NCBI GenBank assembly: GCA_024232295.1
Contig: JAAEPT010000129.1
Span: forward strand, 3,769 to 67,768
Length of the DNA: 64,000 nt
DNA from: Cytophagales bacterium
GTDB taxonomy: Bacteria; Bacteroidota; Bacteroidia; Cytophagales; JAAEPT01
Direction of reading: 5' to 3'
Shown: piece by piece, positions 10,101 through 17,540 of the stretch
Layout of the letters: the number at the start of each line of letters is the position of its first letter
Numbering within the stretch: position 1 is the stretch's first letter
Translations under genes and position numbers: made by a program
The notes under the pieces: model-generated
What the model was told of the DNA's origin: nothing
Seen by the model: only the letters and a program-made list of their open reading frames with translations
Databases searched by the model: none

Positions 10101-10133
10101 GGATGGAATTTATCTTATTTTTGGATATTTTAA
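7125..10133 (+). CDS. Large secreted mosaic protein: FN3-like domains, Ser/Asn linkers, hydrophobic helix, one or two C-terminal beta-barrel-like regions
   Basis: Signal peptide; FN3-type LEPCTKYDYKVKIEC and STYYYRTKV; long S/T/N tracts; IAVVVIAAAAVGTYVAHYYW; amphipathic strands ending LSYFWIF with terminal Phe. Confidence 0.7.
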   Translation: MRLIQIKLAIIFLFLFTCSFAQSGKTERTSLPFKNTKQAGYGGKIGIKYTFRRTPCCIEAAVQCDYSRSSFDYYYYKGKKYYPKDLGLQKFDFNPNRIDVSAKLMRKGKPPKYLKKLTFTGITDRTFASQVSINDILLPAEKKHPVSFLNNFFLKDFKIVSYGYQSDYKIEQLIEKKLKSGSTGSNSNNNQGGNSNGNNRNNHSNNSSTTGNKNGKTSCKASLTMKESYNYCKKFRYYAKPHPGAFAGGGSNGPRHVGVKKFTLYYKKTTTIYWEEKQINARGLVMDREGKLYNLEPCTKYDYKVKIECEDGSSVTTLPKTFTTKCSPGRYIHSYEGYRNGYAILRSRSNGDQCSYNKTETLIVNVYTKNGSYNETISFKPGEKVKIPISVNSTYYYRTKVKFANGKVSKYSKKKGFFQVTRATSAAKVNKNTKNKNTANSNNNNNSSTGSKNQRVSNSNSSNSSNSSSTSTSTSTSTTSQKNKNARTSSSTSTSSTSSSSSSPSYSSGSGSELETTTIAVVVIAAAAVGTYVAHYYWGKMLYTGEPLPEGSEYSEPGPLFSVSGGQSLTFISTPNNEQLNGLNFDVKLEYSPIYTPFFATTVNANGVAGTGLLFGNVHAGFSLGAKVMGGIPNVKVFGEYEQGARATARIYYSSPMSYGFQRYTGGLRFSFGENNHTHIELGAMLEIQDDRTQYLNDNYFIDKADLGGMLSVSVDNAGEFFVQGFPRYYTNLTQEERGENSPMTYFVNIGYRRRWDYFHKGSERTTKEFKHLQNKKFIFGIGPTTRYRLSTLREQENVFSVSPGRSISLLYMEGDIRLNKYVRTQVGLGLMHAGSNTGRVVVRDVAEDQTLFSYTDTYYSGSIFDPNNGTEYTENYTIGKGKGDSFSMSHHSIADIPISASVGLPLKNKTIWARVGTGIKIGLNTVTSLGSIGTLADLEDDYEYTGISTNIHYNFVGFGIDVPTKRHGYRASLSYEWETNSVLDSFATQSSGWNLSYFWIF
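8460..8660 (+). repeat. Ser/Thr/Asn low-complexity coding tract
   Basis: SSNSSSTSTSTSTSTTS...TSSSTSTSSTSSSSSS; AGT/ACT/TCT-rich DNA. Confidence 0.75.
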
Positions 10134-10145
10134 ACAGAATAAATA

Positions 10146-11612
10146 ATGAAATACTTACCAATTTTCGCACTCATATTTCTTGTTTTAGGCTGTAAAAAAT
10201 ATGAAATAGAACCTGAACAATTAAAAATCAAAAGAATTACAGCAAATAATAATGATGATGATTATTCTTCTAGTAATAGTAATTCTGTGGTAGATCTAGA
10301 GTGGACAGCAGCAAGTAAAGTTAGTAAATTAAAATATACTACAAGCACCTCATTTCCATATCCGCAAAGTAATATTATTTACAATGAGAACAATGAAGCT
10401 ACTAGTATGCTTTATTATCCATCAACTGGAGGTACTCCAGTTGTTTATTCAATTTCTGTCGAAGACAATATCTACAGTATTGAAAGTGAAAATGAAAACT
10501 ATTCCAGCTATTACTATTCTATTAATGAAGAAGGTCAAATCTCTGGATTTATTGATAATTCATTGACACTGGTAAGATTTGAATATGAAACAGATGGAGT
10601 TATCATCAGTGTTTATGAAGATGACAGGTTTAAAACAAAATACAAAGCTTATTACACAACTAGAGAAATTCAAAACCCAATTAATCAACTACCTGTATGG
10701 TTGTATTATCAAGTAATTGCAGGTTCATTACCTAGTGGATCGTTATACAAACCTGGTTATCAACAATATAACATACATGATTTTTGGTATTTAATACTAG
10801 AAAAAACCGTTGATAAAGTTGAATACTACAAAGGAGGAGAATCATCTGATGATGTTGATTTTACAATTGGCTACACTATGGATATAGACTTCAATGATTA
10901 TTGTAGAAGTCTTGATTATTTTGATTACTCTACTTATCCTGAAAATATTTCCTTTAAATTTGATATGGTCAATCCTCAAACCTCAAATATTTCTAGCACA
11001 GATACAACTGAAGTTGGAGATGTGATTGTGGAAGAAGAGGAAGAAGAAGAGACAAATAATGATGGAGTAAGAGGGAAAGTAAGTGACGTAGAAGGAAACA
11101 GTTATGAAACTGTTCAAATTGGTGAGCAAATTTGGATGGCAGAAAACTTAAGGACGACAAAGTATAATAATGGACAATCCATCGAAATAGAAACAGATAA
11201 TTCTGATTGGAATCAAAGATCACTTAATAATGATTTGATGTGTTTCTATGATAACAATACAAGTAAACATGCCTTATACAATTTTAGAGTAGCAACCAAT
11301 GGCAATGTATGTCCTACAGGATGGAGTGTTCCCACAAAAAGTGATTGGGAAACTTTTAATAATTATACTGATGAAAAGAATAATGATTTCAACTTTAATA
11401 GTGTATTAGAAGAATCAAGATCTGGAGCTGGCTTTTTCTATAGCTATAATGCATCTCCTCAATACAAAAGTGAATATTGGTGGAGTCGTACAGGAAATGG
11501 TTCAAATACAGCTTATGCCAATAGACATTGGTCTCTGAATGGTCCTAACTTTGATTTAGGAAGTGGTTATAGTAGAGGTGATGGAAATCCTATCCGATGT
11601 ATTAAAGACTAA
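10146..11612 (+). CDS. Lipoprotein with C-terminal FISUMP (Fibrobacter succinogenes major paralogous) domain
   Basis: Lipobox LVLGC; FISUMP signature SDVEGNSYETVQIGEQIWMAENLRTTKY, ALYNF, CPTGWSVPTKSDW, terminal PIRCIKD. Confidence 0.9.
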   Translation: MKYLPIFALIFLVLGCKKYEIEPEQLKIKRITANNNDDDYSSSNSNSVVDLEWTAASKVSKLKYTTSTSFPYPQSNIIYNENNEATSMLYYPSTGGTPVVYSISVEDNIYSIESENENYSSYYYSINEEGQISGFIDNSLTLVRFEYETDGVIISVYEDDRFKTKYKAYYTTREIQNPINQLPVWLYYQVIAGSLPSGSLYKPGYQQYNIHDFWYLILEKTVDKVEYYKGGESSDDVDFTIGYTMDIDFNDYCRSLDYFDYSTYPENISFKFDMVNPQTSNISSTDTTEVGDVIVEEEEEEETNNDGVRGKVSDVEGNSYETVQIGEQIWMAENLRTTKYNNGQSIEIETDNSDWNQRSLNNDLMCFYDNNTSKHALYNFRVATNGNVCPTGWSVPTKSDWETFNNYTDEKNNDFNFNSVLEESRSGAGFFYSYNASPQYKSEYWWSRTGNGSNTAYANRHWSLNGPNFDLGSGYSRGDGNPIRCIKD

Positions 11613-11621
11613 ATGAAATTT

Positions 11622-11664
11622 AAAGCAAAACGAGGATTAAAACTAATCTTCGTTTTGCTTTTTA
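11622..11664. terminator. Intrinsic terminator between convergent genes
   Basis: AAAGCAAAACGAGGATTA-aaac-TAATCTTCGTTTTGCTTT followed by T-run; overlaps the GNAT stop codon. Confidence 0.85.
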
Positions 11665-12569
11665 GACCATTCCCATAATACTTTTTCTTCTTCTTTTGCC
11701 CCTAGCCTCTTTTTAAACAAATAGGTTCCTTCACTTATCTGTCCATTAATAGAGCTCGTTCCTGAATCCAGTATTTTGTATTGATTATTTTGAGCATATT
11801 CATAAACTTCTTTCAACAAAAAAACAATTGGGCTATACTGCCTATATTTAAGATCATCTCCCCAATAAAAAGTATACAAAATATCTGAATTGATGTGTAT
11901 ACAAACAGTTCCTGCAACCATTCGATTCTCAGAATCTTGGACAGTGAACAATTTATAATTATCTGGAAAGTATTCTATTGTCTCTCTTAATTCTTCTTTT
12001 GTCATGGAAATCTCATAACCTTTCTCATCTCTACATGCTTTGCACAACTGATAAATATGATCAAAATCTTTCATATCAGTTTCTGCAAAAGAAAATCCAG
12101 CCTTCTCACACTTATTCAATTTACTTCTTTGTGCAGGAGCAATTTTTTGTCGAAAAGACTCCTCATTTACTTCAAAATGAAAGTTGTAATCAATTATTTT
12201 TTTAGTAAAAAAGCACTCCTCCAAAACCGTGATTTTTTGTTTTAAATAAGAAACTGGAGGTGTCTTCCATAAAATTTGAGTAAACCCTTCTCTCTTTGCC
12301 CAATCAATAATAAACTCAATAAATTCTTTGTAAATCTTCCCTTCAAAAAATGAAAATGAAGCATAAGGTGTACTTCTAAGGACACCATTTTCTTTCAAAA
12401 GAATTATTCTTGAGATCACCTTTGTTTCTTTCATCGCAACAAAAGTAATCCTGTCTCTGTTATTGGTGTGAAATTCATGAAACTTGTCTGTGTTAAAAAA
12501 CAACTCTTCTCCGTCTATACTAAATTGCGGAGACGGTTCTTTACAGACTAAGTAACTGATTTCTTCCAT
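11643..12569 (-). CDS. GNAT/FemAB-like acetyltransferase domain protein
   Basis: RSKLNKCEKAGF, LYTFYWG, YKILDSGTS, GTYLFKKRLGA motifs of FemAB-like GNAT proteins. Confidence 0.8.
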   Translation of the reverse strand: MEEISYLVCKEPSPQFSIDGEELFFNTDKFHEFHTNNRDRITFVAMKETKVISRIILLKENGVLRSTPYASFSFFEGKIYKEFIEFIIDWAKREGFTQILWKTPPVSYLKQKITVLEECFFTKKIIDYNFHFEVNEESFRQKIAPAQRSKLNKCEKAGFSFAETDMKDFDHIYQLCKACRDEKGYEISMTKEELRETIEYFPDNYKLFTVQDSENRMVAGTVCIHINSDILYTFYWGDDLKYRQYSPIVFLLKEVYEYAQNNQYKILDSGTSSINGQISEGTYLFKKRLGAKEEEKVLWEWSKKQNED

Positions 12570-12700
12570 AAATTAAATATATTTAATCCCCACAAAGATA
12601 GAATTTATTAAGGCTTGTTCTTCTAAATTTTGTTTAGAATTGATATATTTACAAGAATTGAAAGTTAAATTTTTCTAATCTATTTAAAAATAATATAAAT

Positions 12701-13627
12701 ATGAAAGTTACTGTAGTAGGTGCTGGTGCTGTAGGTGCTAGTTGTGCAGAGTACATCGCTATTCAAAACTTCGCTTCAGAAGTAGTAATCGTTGATATCA
12801 AAGAAGGTTTTGCTGAAGGAAAAGCAATGGACTTAATGCAAACTGCTTCTTTATTGAAGTTTGATACTCAAATCACTGGTAGCACAAATGACTACTCTAA
12901 AACTGCTGGTTCTGATGTAGCGATTATCACTTCTGGTATTCCTCGTAAGCCAGGTATGACTCGTGAAGAGTTAATCGGTATTAACGCTGGTATCGTAAAA
13001 TCAGTTTCTGAACAATTAGTAAAGCATTCTCCTGATATTATTCTTGTTGTAGTATCTAACCCAATGGATACAATGGCTTACTTAGCTCACAAAGCTACTG
13101 GTCTTCCTAAAAACAGAATTATCGGTATGGGTGGTGCTTTGGATTCTGCTCGTTTCAAGTACAGATTAGCTGAAGCTTTAGAATGTCCTCAATCTGATGT
13201 TGATGGAATGGTAATCGGTGGTCACTCTGATACTGGTATGATTCCTTTGACTTCTATTGCTACTAGAAATTCAGTAAAAGCTTCTGAATTCTTATCAGCA
13301 GATACATTAGAAGAAGTTGCTAAAGCTACTATGGTAGGTGGTGCTACATTGACTGGTTTATTAGGAACATCTGCTTGGTATGCTCCAGGTGCTGCTTCTG
13401 CTGCAATCGTTCATGCAATTGCTACTGATTCTAAGAAAATGATTCCTTGTTCTGCATTATTAGATGGAGAATATGGTTTATCTGATCTTTCTATCGGTGT
13501 TCCTTGTATCATCGGAAAAGGTGGTATTGAGAAAATCGTTGAGATTGACTTAAACGATGCTGAAAAAGAAAAATTAGCTAACTCTGCTGCTGCAGTTCAA
13601 AAGACTAACGGTTTATTAGAGTTATAA
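12701..13627 (+). CDS. mdh: Malate dehydrogenase (LDH-like)
   Basis: GAGAVG, PRKPGMTREEL, VVSNPMD, LDSAR, IGGHSD, GTSAWYAP. Confidence 0.97.
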   Translation: MKVTVVGAGAVGASCAEYIAIQNFASEVVIVDIKEGFAEGKAMDLMQTASLLKFDTQITGSTNDYSKTAGSDVAIITSGIPRKPGMTREELIGINAGIVKSVSEQLVKHSPDIILVVVSNPMDTMAYLAHKATGLPKNRIIGMGGALDSARFKYRLAEALECPQSDVDGMVIGGHSDTGMIPLTSIATRNSVKASEFLSADTLEEVAKATMVGGATLTGLLGTSAWYAPGAASAAIVHAIATDSKKMIPCSALLDGEYGLSDLSIGVPCIIGKGGIEKIVEIDLNDAEKEKLANSAAAVQKTNGLLEL

Positions 13628-13650
13628 GATAATCTTATCTCATAAGAAAC

Positions 13651-13686
13651 AAAAAAGCCATGCTCTTTAAAAAGCATGGCTTTTTC
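13651..13686 (+). terminator. Intrinsic terminator of mdh
   Basis: AAAAAAGCCATGCT...AGCATGGCTTTTTT. Confidence 0.9.
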
Positions 13687-13797
13687 TTTGATTATCAAAA
13701 AGTTACAAATAGTTAACATTTTTTTAACTAGTCCCGTACACTATAGTAGATTTTTTGGACACACATATTACATTACAACAAACTAACCTAAAGGAGA

Positions 13798-14271
13798 ATG
13801 AAAAAAGTAGCATTAGGTTTACTATTAATCTTTGGCTTTTTATCTTTTGCAAAAAAAGGATATGATTATCGTAAACTGAATAAAAAAAGATTTGCTTGCT
13901 CAGCAGATTACAAACAACATGAAGAATTAGTATTGAAATGTGCAGATTTCATTCTATCAACTCCCATTAGTCAAGATGAACATAGAGAATGTGCCACCAA
14001 GTTTTTGATGAAATGGGCAAATGGTACTCCTGACTATCGTTTCGAGATTGACAAAACATTTGTAGACTTAACGAAAGGAAAAAATAGTGCAGAACTTGCT
14101 CCTCTTTATTTTGCCTGCCTCATCAAAACAGTGCTCACCCATGATAATATTTCTAAAGAGGAAATGAAAGAAAAAGCTCTTAATACATATCTTGATTATT
14201 GTGGGAACAGGAAGAATAGAGTAAAGAAAAATAAAACAGTAAAACAATTACTAAAACAACGTAAAGAATAA
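13798..14271 (+). CDS. Secreted hypothetical helical protein
   Basis: Signal peptide MKKVALGLLLIFGFLSFA; no family recognised. Confidence 0.75.
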   Translation: MKKVALGLLLIFGFLSFAKKGYDYRKLNKKRFACSADYKQHEELVLKCADFILSTPISQDEHRECATKFLMKWANGTPDYRFEIDKTFVDLTKGKNSAELAPLYFACLIKTVLTHDNISKEEMKEKALNTYLDYCGNRKNRVKKNKTVKQLLKQRKE

Positions 14272-14281
14272 TTTTTTTTAT

Positions 14282-14312
14282 AAAAGCTGATTTTGATGAA
14301 AGTCAGCTTTTT
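14282..14312 (+). terminator. Intrinsic terminator
   Basis: AAAAGCTGA...TCAGCTTTTTT. Confidence 0.75.
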
Positions 14313-14339
14313 TATTTTCATTTTTTCATTTTTATCCCC

Positions 14340-14347
14340 TATTTTTG
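14340..14347 (+). promoter_or_regulatory. Bacteroidota -7 promoter element
   Basis: TATTTTTG matches TAnnTTTG and ends 4 nt before the ATG at 14352. Confidence 0.55.
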
Positions 14348-14351
14348 TAGC

Positions 14352-14717
14352 ATGCTACACAATAGACATTTAAAGATTTATGGTTTGCTCTGCCTTTTGG
14401 TAGTCAACATCTTTGCATTGTCTATTATTACCCTAGATTTTCGCCTCAATCAGGATTTTTACATTGAGAATTTCTGTATCAACAAAGCAGAACCTCAGCT
14501 TCAGTGTCATGGTAAATGTCACTTGAAAAAGAAGTTGGAGAAGACAGAAAAAGCAGAAAACTCTATTCCTTCATTACAATTAGAATTTACAGAGCCCATC
14601 TATTTAGAATTAGAAATAAACAATACAATTTCCTCTTTTCTAAAACACCAAGGGCATTATCATATTTTTTACTCTGAATTATCTCCTCACGGAGTATTCC
14701 ACCCTCCTACCTGTTAG
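14352..14717 (+). CDS. Small Cys/His-rich membrane protein, putative metal-responsive leader ORF
   Basis: N-terminal hydrophobic helix, CINKAEPQLQCHGKCHL motif, C-terminal VFHPPTC. Confidence 0.8.
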   Translation: MLHNRHLKIYGLLCLLVVNIFALSIITLDFRLNQDFYIENFCINKAEPQLQCHGKCHLKKKLEKTEKAENSIPSLQLEFTEPIYLELEINNTISSFLKHQGHYHIFYSELSPHGVFHPPTC

Positions 14718-14773
14718 TGTTTACATACTCATTCATTTGAACTTAAATATGTATCACTTAATGATTTCTATTT

Positions 14774-15847
14774 ATGAAACACATAATAGGTTTGTGTGTG
14801 CTTTGTTTTCTGACAATAGCATGTACAGATCCTGAGAATGAAACAGTAATAGGTTATCAACTTGAGTATCCTGCTTATTTTCCACAAAAGAATGACATAC
14901 CAGTAGACAATTTGATGCAAGAAGATAAAGTTGAATTGGGTAGAATGCTTTTCTACGAAAAAATGCTTTCTGCTGATTCTAGTCTTTCTTGTGGTTCTTG
15001 TCACCAACAACAATTTGCTTTTAGTGATTCAGCACAGTTTAGCAAAGGAATTGAAGGAAGAAAAGGAGATCGTAACTCTATGGCAATTGTCAATTCATTA
15101 TTTGAAAAAAGCTTCTTTTGGGATGGACGAGCAAATAGCTTGGAAGAACAAGCGTTGGATCCGATCAAAAACCCTTTAGAAATGGATTTATCAATTGAAG
15201 AAGCCATTACGCGTCTCAAAGGAAGTGAAAAATATCAGGAGCTATTCACAAAATCTTTCGGAGAATCAGGAATTACAAGGGACAACCTAGCCAAAGCAAT
15301 TGCTCAATTTGAACGTACATTGATTTCTGGAACATCTCCTTATGACCTTTATAAACAAGGAAAAGGAAGTTTGACAGAACAAGAAAGACGAGGTGAACAA
15401 TTATTCTTCACACACCCTGAACCAAGTGTAGGTCTTAGGGGTGGAAATTGTGGTGATTGCCATAGCGGACCTTTGACAACCAATCGTTTATTTTCTAACA
15501 ATGGACTAGACATAGAAAGTATTGATTTTGGACTTGAAAGAGTAACTGGTTCAGCAAAGGATCGAGGTAAGTTTAAAATTCCTACTTTGAGAAACATAGC
15601 ACTTAGTGCTCCTTATATGCATGATGGTAGGTTTGGGACTTTGAAAGAAGTTCTTGATCACTATAATGAACATATACAACAAACACCAAACTTAGACTTG
15701 CTAATCATTGATGCTACAAATGAAGTAAATGGTACAAGTCTGGAATTAACGGAACAAGAAAAGGAAGATATCATTGCCTTTCTTCATACATTAACAGATA
15801 AAGAATTTATAGAAAATCCTGCATTTGCAGACCCTAACAAAAATTAA
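14774..15847 (+). CDS. Di-heme cytochrome c peroxidase, MbnH/MauG-like lipoprotein (copy 1)
   Basis: Lipobox TIAC; CGSCH and CGDCH; FFWDGRA; FKIPTLRNIALSAPYMHDG. Confidence 0.92.
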   Translation: MKHIIGLCVLCFLTIACTDPENETVIGYQLEYPAYFPQKNDIPVDNLMQEDKVELGRMLFYEKMLSADSSLSCGSCHQQQFAFSDSAQFSKGIEGRKGDRNSMAIVNSLFEKSFFWDGRANSLEEQALDPIKNPLEMDLSIEEAITRLKGSEKYQELFTKSFGESGITRDNLAKAIAQFERTLISGTSPYDLYKQGKGSLTEQERRGEQLFFTHPEPSVGLRGGNCGDCHSGPLTTNRLFSNNGLDIESIDFGLERVTGSAKDRGKFKIPTLRNIALSAPYMHDGRFGTLKEVLDHYNEHIQQTPNLDLLIIDATNEVNGTSLELTEQEKEDIIAFLHTLTDKEFIENPAFADPNKN

Positions 15848-15849
15848 TA

Positions 15850-16560
15850 ATGAAAAAAATAATTAAATATTTCGTAATCGCTTTAGTTAGCATTTTTGCT
15901 CTTACATCTTGTACAGAAGAAGATGTAGTTACAGATGGAACAGTAGTTTTAAAAATTAGTAATGTAGCAGATGATGCTCCACTAGTACTTGACAAAAATT
16001 ATACAAATGCTAATGGTGATCAATTCTCGATCGAAAACATTAAATACTATTTGAGTAATGTAACACTTACCAATGAAGATGGAACAACATATGAAGTACC
16101 AGATAGCTATCACTTAATTGATAACATTTCTGAAGATATTACACTAACTGATATTCCTTTGGGAACATACACTGATATTTCTTTCTCTATTGGTGTAGAT
16201 GCAGTAGCAAATAGCAGTACTGCTCAACCGGGAGATTTAGACCCAAGTAATGAAATGGCTTGGAACTGGGATACAGGATACAAATTCTTCTTGCTTGAAG
16301 GAAGATATATCAGCAAAAGTGATGAAGAAGGTACTTTCACTTTCCACATTGGAAAAAACGCTAATTATAAAACATTGAAATTCACAAAGACAATCACAAT
16401 AGAAGAAAATTCAACTATTGAATACAACTTCGAAGGTGATGTACAAGCTGTATTTAGTGGACCAAACACAATCAACCTAGAGACTACAAATAGTGCTCAT
16501 GGTGAGACTGGTGGTGATATTGCAGATAATTATGCAAGTAATTTCTTTACCTTAAAATAG
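15850..16560 (+). CDS. MbnP-family copper-binding lipoprotein
   Basis: Lipobox LTSC; KYYLSNVTL; FSIGVD; WxW motif EMAWNWDTGYKF; FHIG; flanked by MbnH-like genes. Confidence 0.88.
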   Translation: MKKIIKYFVIALVSIFALTSCTEEDVVTDGTVVLKISNVADDAPLVLDKNYTNANGDQFSIENIKYYLSNVTLTNEDGTTYEVPDSYHLIDNISEDITLTDIPLGTYTDISFSIGVDAVANSSTAQPGDLDPSNEMAWNWDTGYKFFLLEGRYISKSDEEGTFTFHIGKNANYKTLKFTKTITIEENSTIEYNFEGDVQAVFSGPNTINLETTNSAHGETGGDIADNYASNFFTLK

Positions 16561-17540
16561 TGCAAAAGAGATTCTATTATTTGTTAATGATAATATTAGG
16601 ATTTGCTTCTTCTTGTGCAGAGCCAGAAGAAGTAGATCCTAAATTTGTGATTGATGTACCAAGTCACTTAGGAGAAATGCCCGTAAGGGCAGAAAATCCT
16701 CTAACTTTGGGAGGAATTGCATTGGGAAAAAAATTGTTTTTTGACCCTTCTCTTTCTTCAAACAATCAAGTTTCTTGTGCTACCTGTCACCTACCTTCAT
16801 TAGCCTTTTCTGATGGTGTATCTTTATCAGACAAAGGAGTTTCTGGAGAACAAATGATAAGAAATTCTCCAGCTCTCTTCAACTTAGCTTGGCATCAAGG
16901 ATACTTCTGGGAGGGTGGAGCAAATGACCTAGCCTCTCAAGCATTTGGACCTCTCACTCACCCTGATGAGATGGGAAGTAACCTGAATGAAATCCTAGAA
17001 AAACTAAGAGGAAATACTGAATATGTAAATCTATTCAAGGAAAACTTTCCTCAAGGAATTAGTTCACAAAGCTTGGCGTTCGCTTTGGAACAATACCAAT
17101 TAAGCCTTATTTCTGCTGAAAGTCCTTATGATGATTATATTACAGGAAAAAGTATTCTCTCAGAGGAAGAAGTAGAAGGTCTAAAAATATTTACAGAAAA
17201 ATGTGGTAGTTGTCATGAAGGAAATCATTTTTCTGACTTCAAATACCATAGAAATGGAATTGATAGTGTATGGAATTATGCTAGTTTAGAAGATGCAAGA
17301 TGGGGACGTTTTCGTATCACCTTCGACAGCACAGATATTGGAAAATACAAAACACCAAGTCTTAGAAATATTACACTAACAGCTCCTTATATGCATGATG
17401 GTCGCTTTCAAAATTTGGAAGAAGTATTGACTCATTATCAAACACAATTCTCAATAACAGAACAAGAAAAATCAAGAATTATCAAATTCTTAGACACACT
17501 GACCGATGAAAAATTCATTCAAAAACATAGTCAAAATTAG
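16560..17540 (+). CDS. Di-heme cytochrome c peroxidase, MbnH/MauG-like lipoprotein (copy 2)
   Basis: Lipobox ASSC; CATCH and CGSCH; KYKTPSLRNITLTAPYMHDG; GTG start overlapping the upstream TAG. Confidence 0.92.
   Translation: MQKRFYYLLMIILGFASSCAEPEEVDPKFVIDVPSHLGEMPVRAENPLTLGGIALGKKLFFDPSLSSNNQVSCATCHLPSLAFSDGVSLSDKGVSGEQMIRNSPALFNLAWHQGYFWEGGANDLASQAFGPLTHPDEMGSNLNEILEKLRGNTEYVNLFKENFPQGISSQSLAFALEQYQLSLISAESPYDDYITGKSILSEEEVEGLKIFTEKCGSCHEGNHFSDFKYHRNGIDSVWNYASLEDARWGRFRITFDSTDIGKYKTPSLRNITLTAPYMHDGRFQNLEEVLTHYQTQFSITEQEKSRIIKFLDTLTDEKFIQKHSQN

Noticed and set aside
14692-14753. Alternative 6-bp pairings around the HPP codons (GAGTAT/ATACTC versus TACATA/TATGTA) as an attenuator switch
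   Set aside because: Too short to be significant in AT-rich DNA without folding and covariation analysis.
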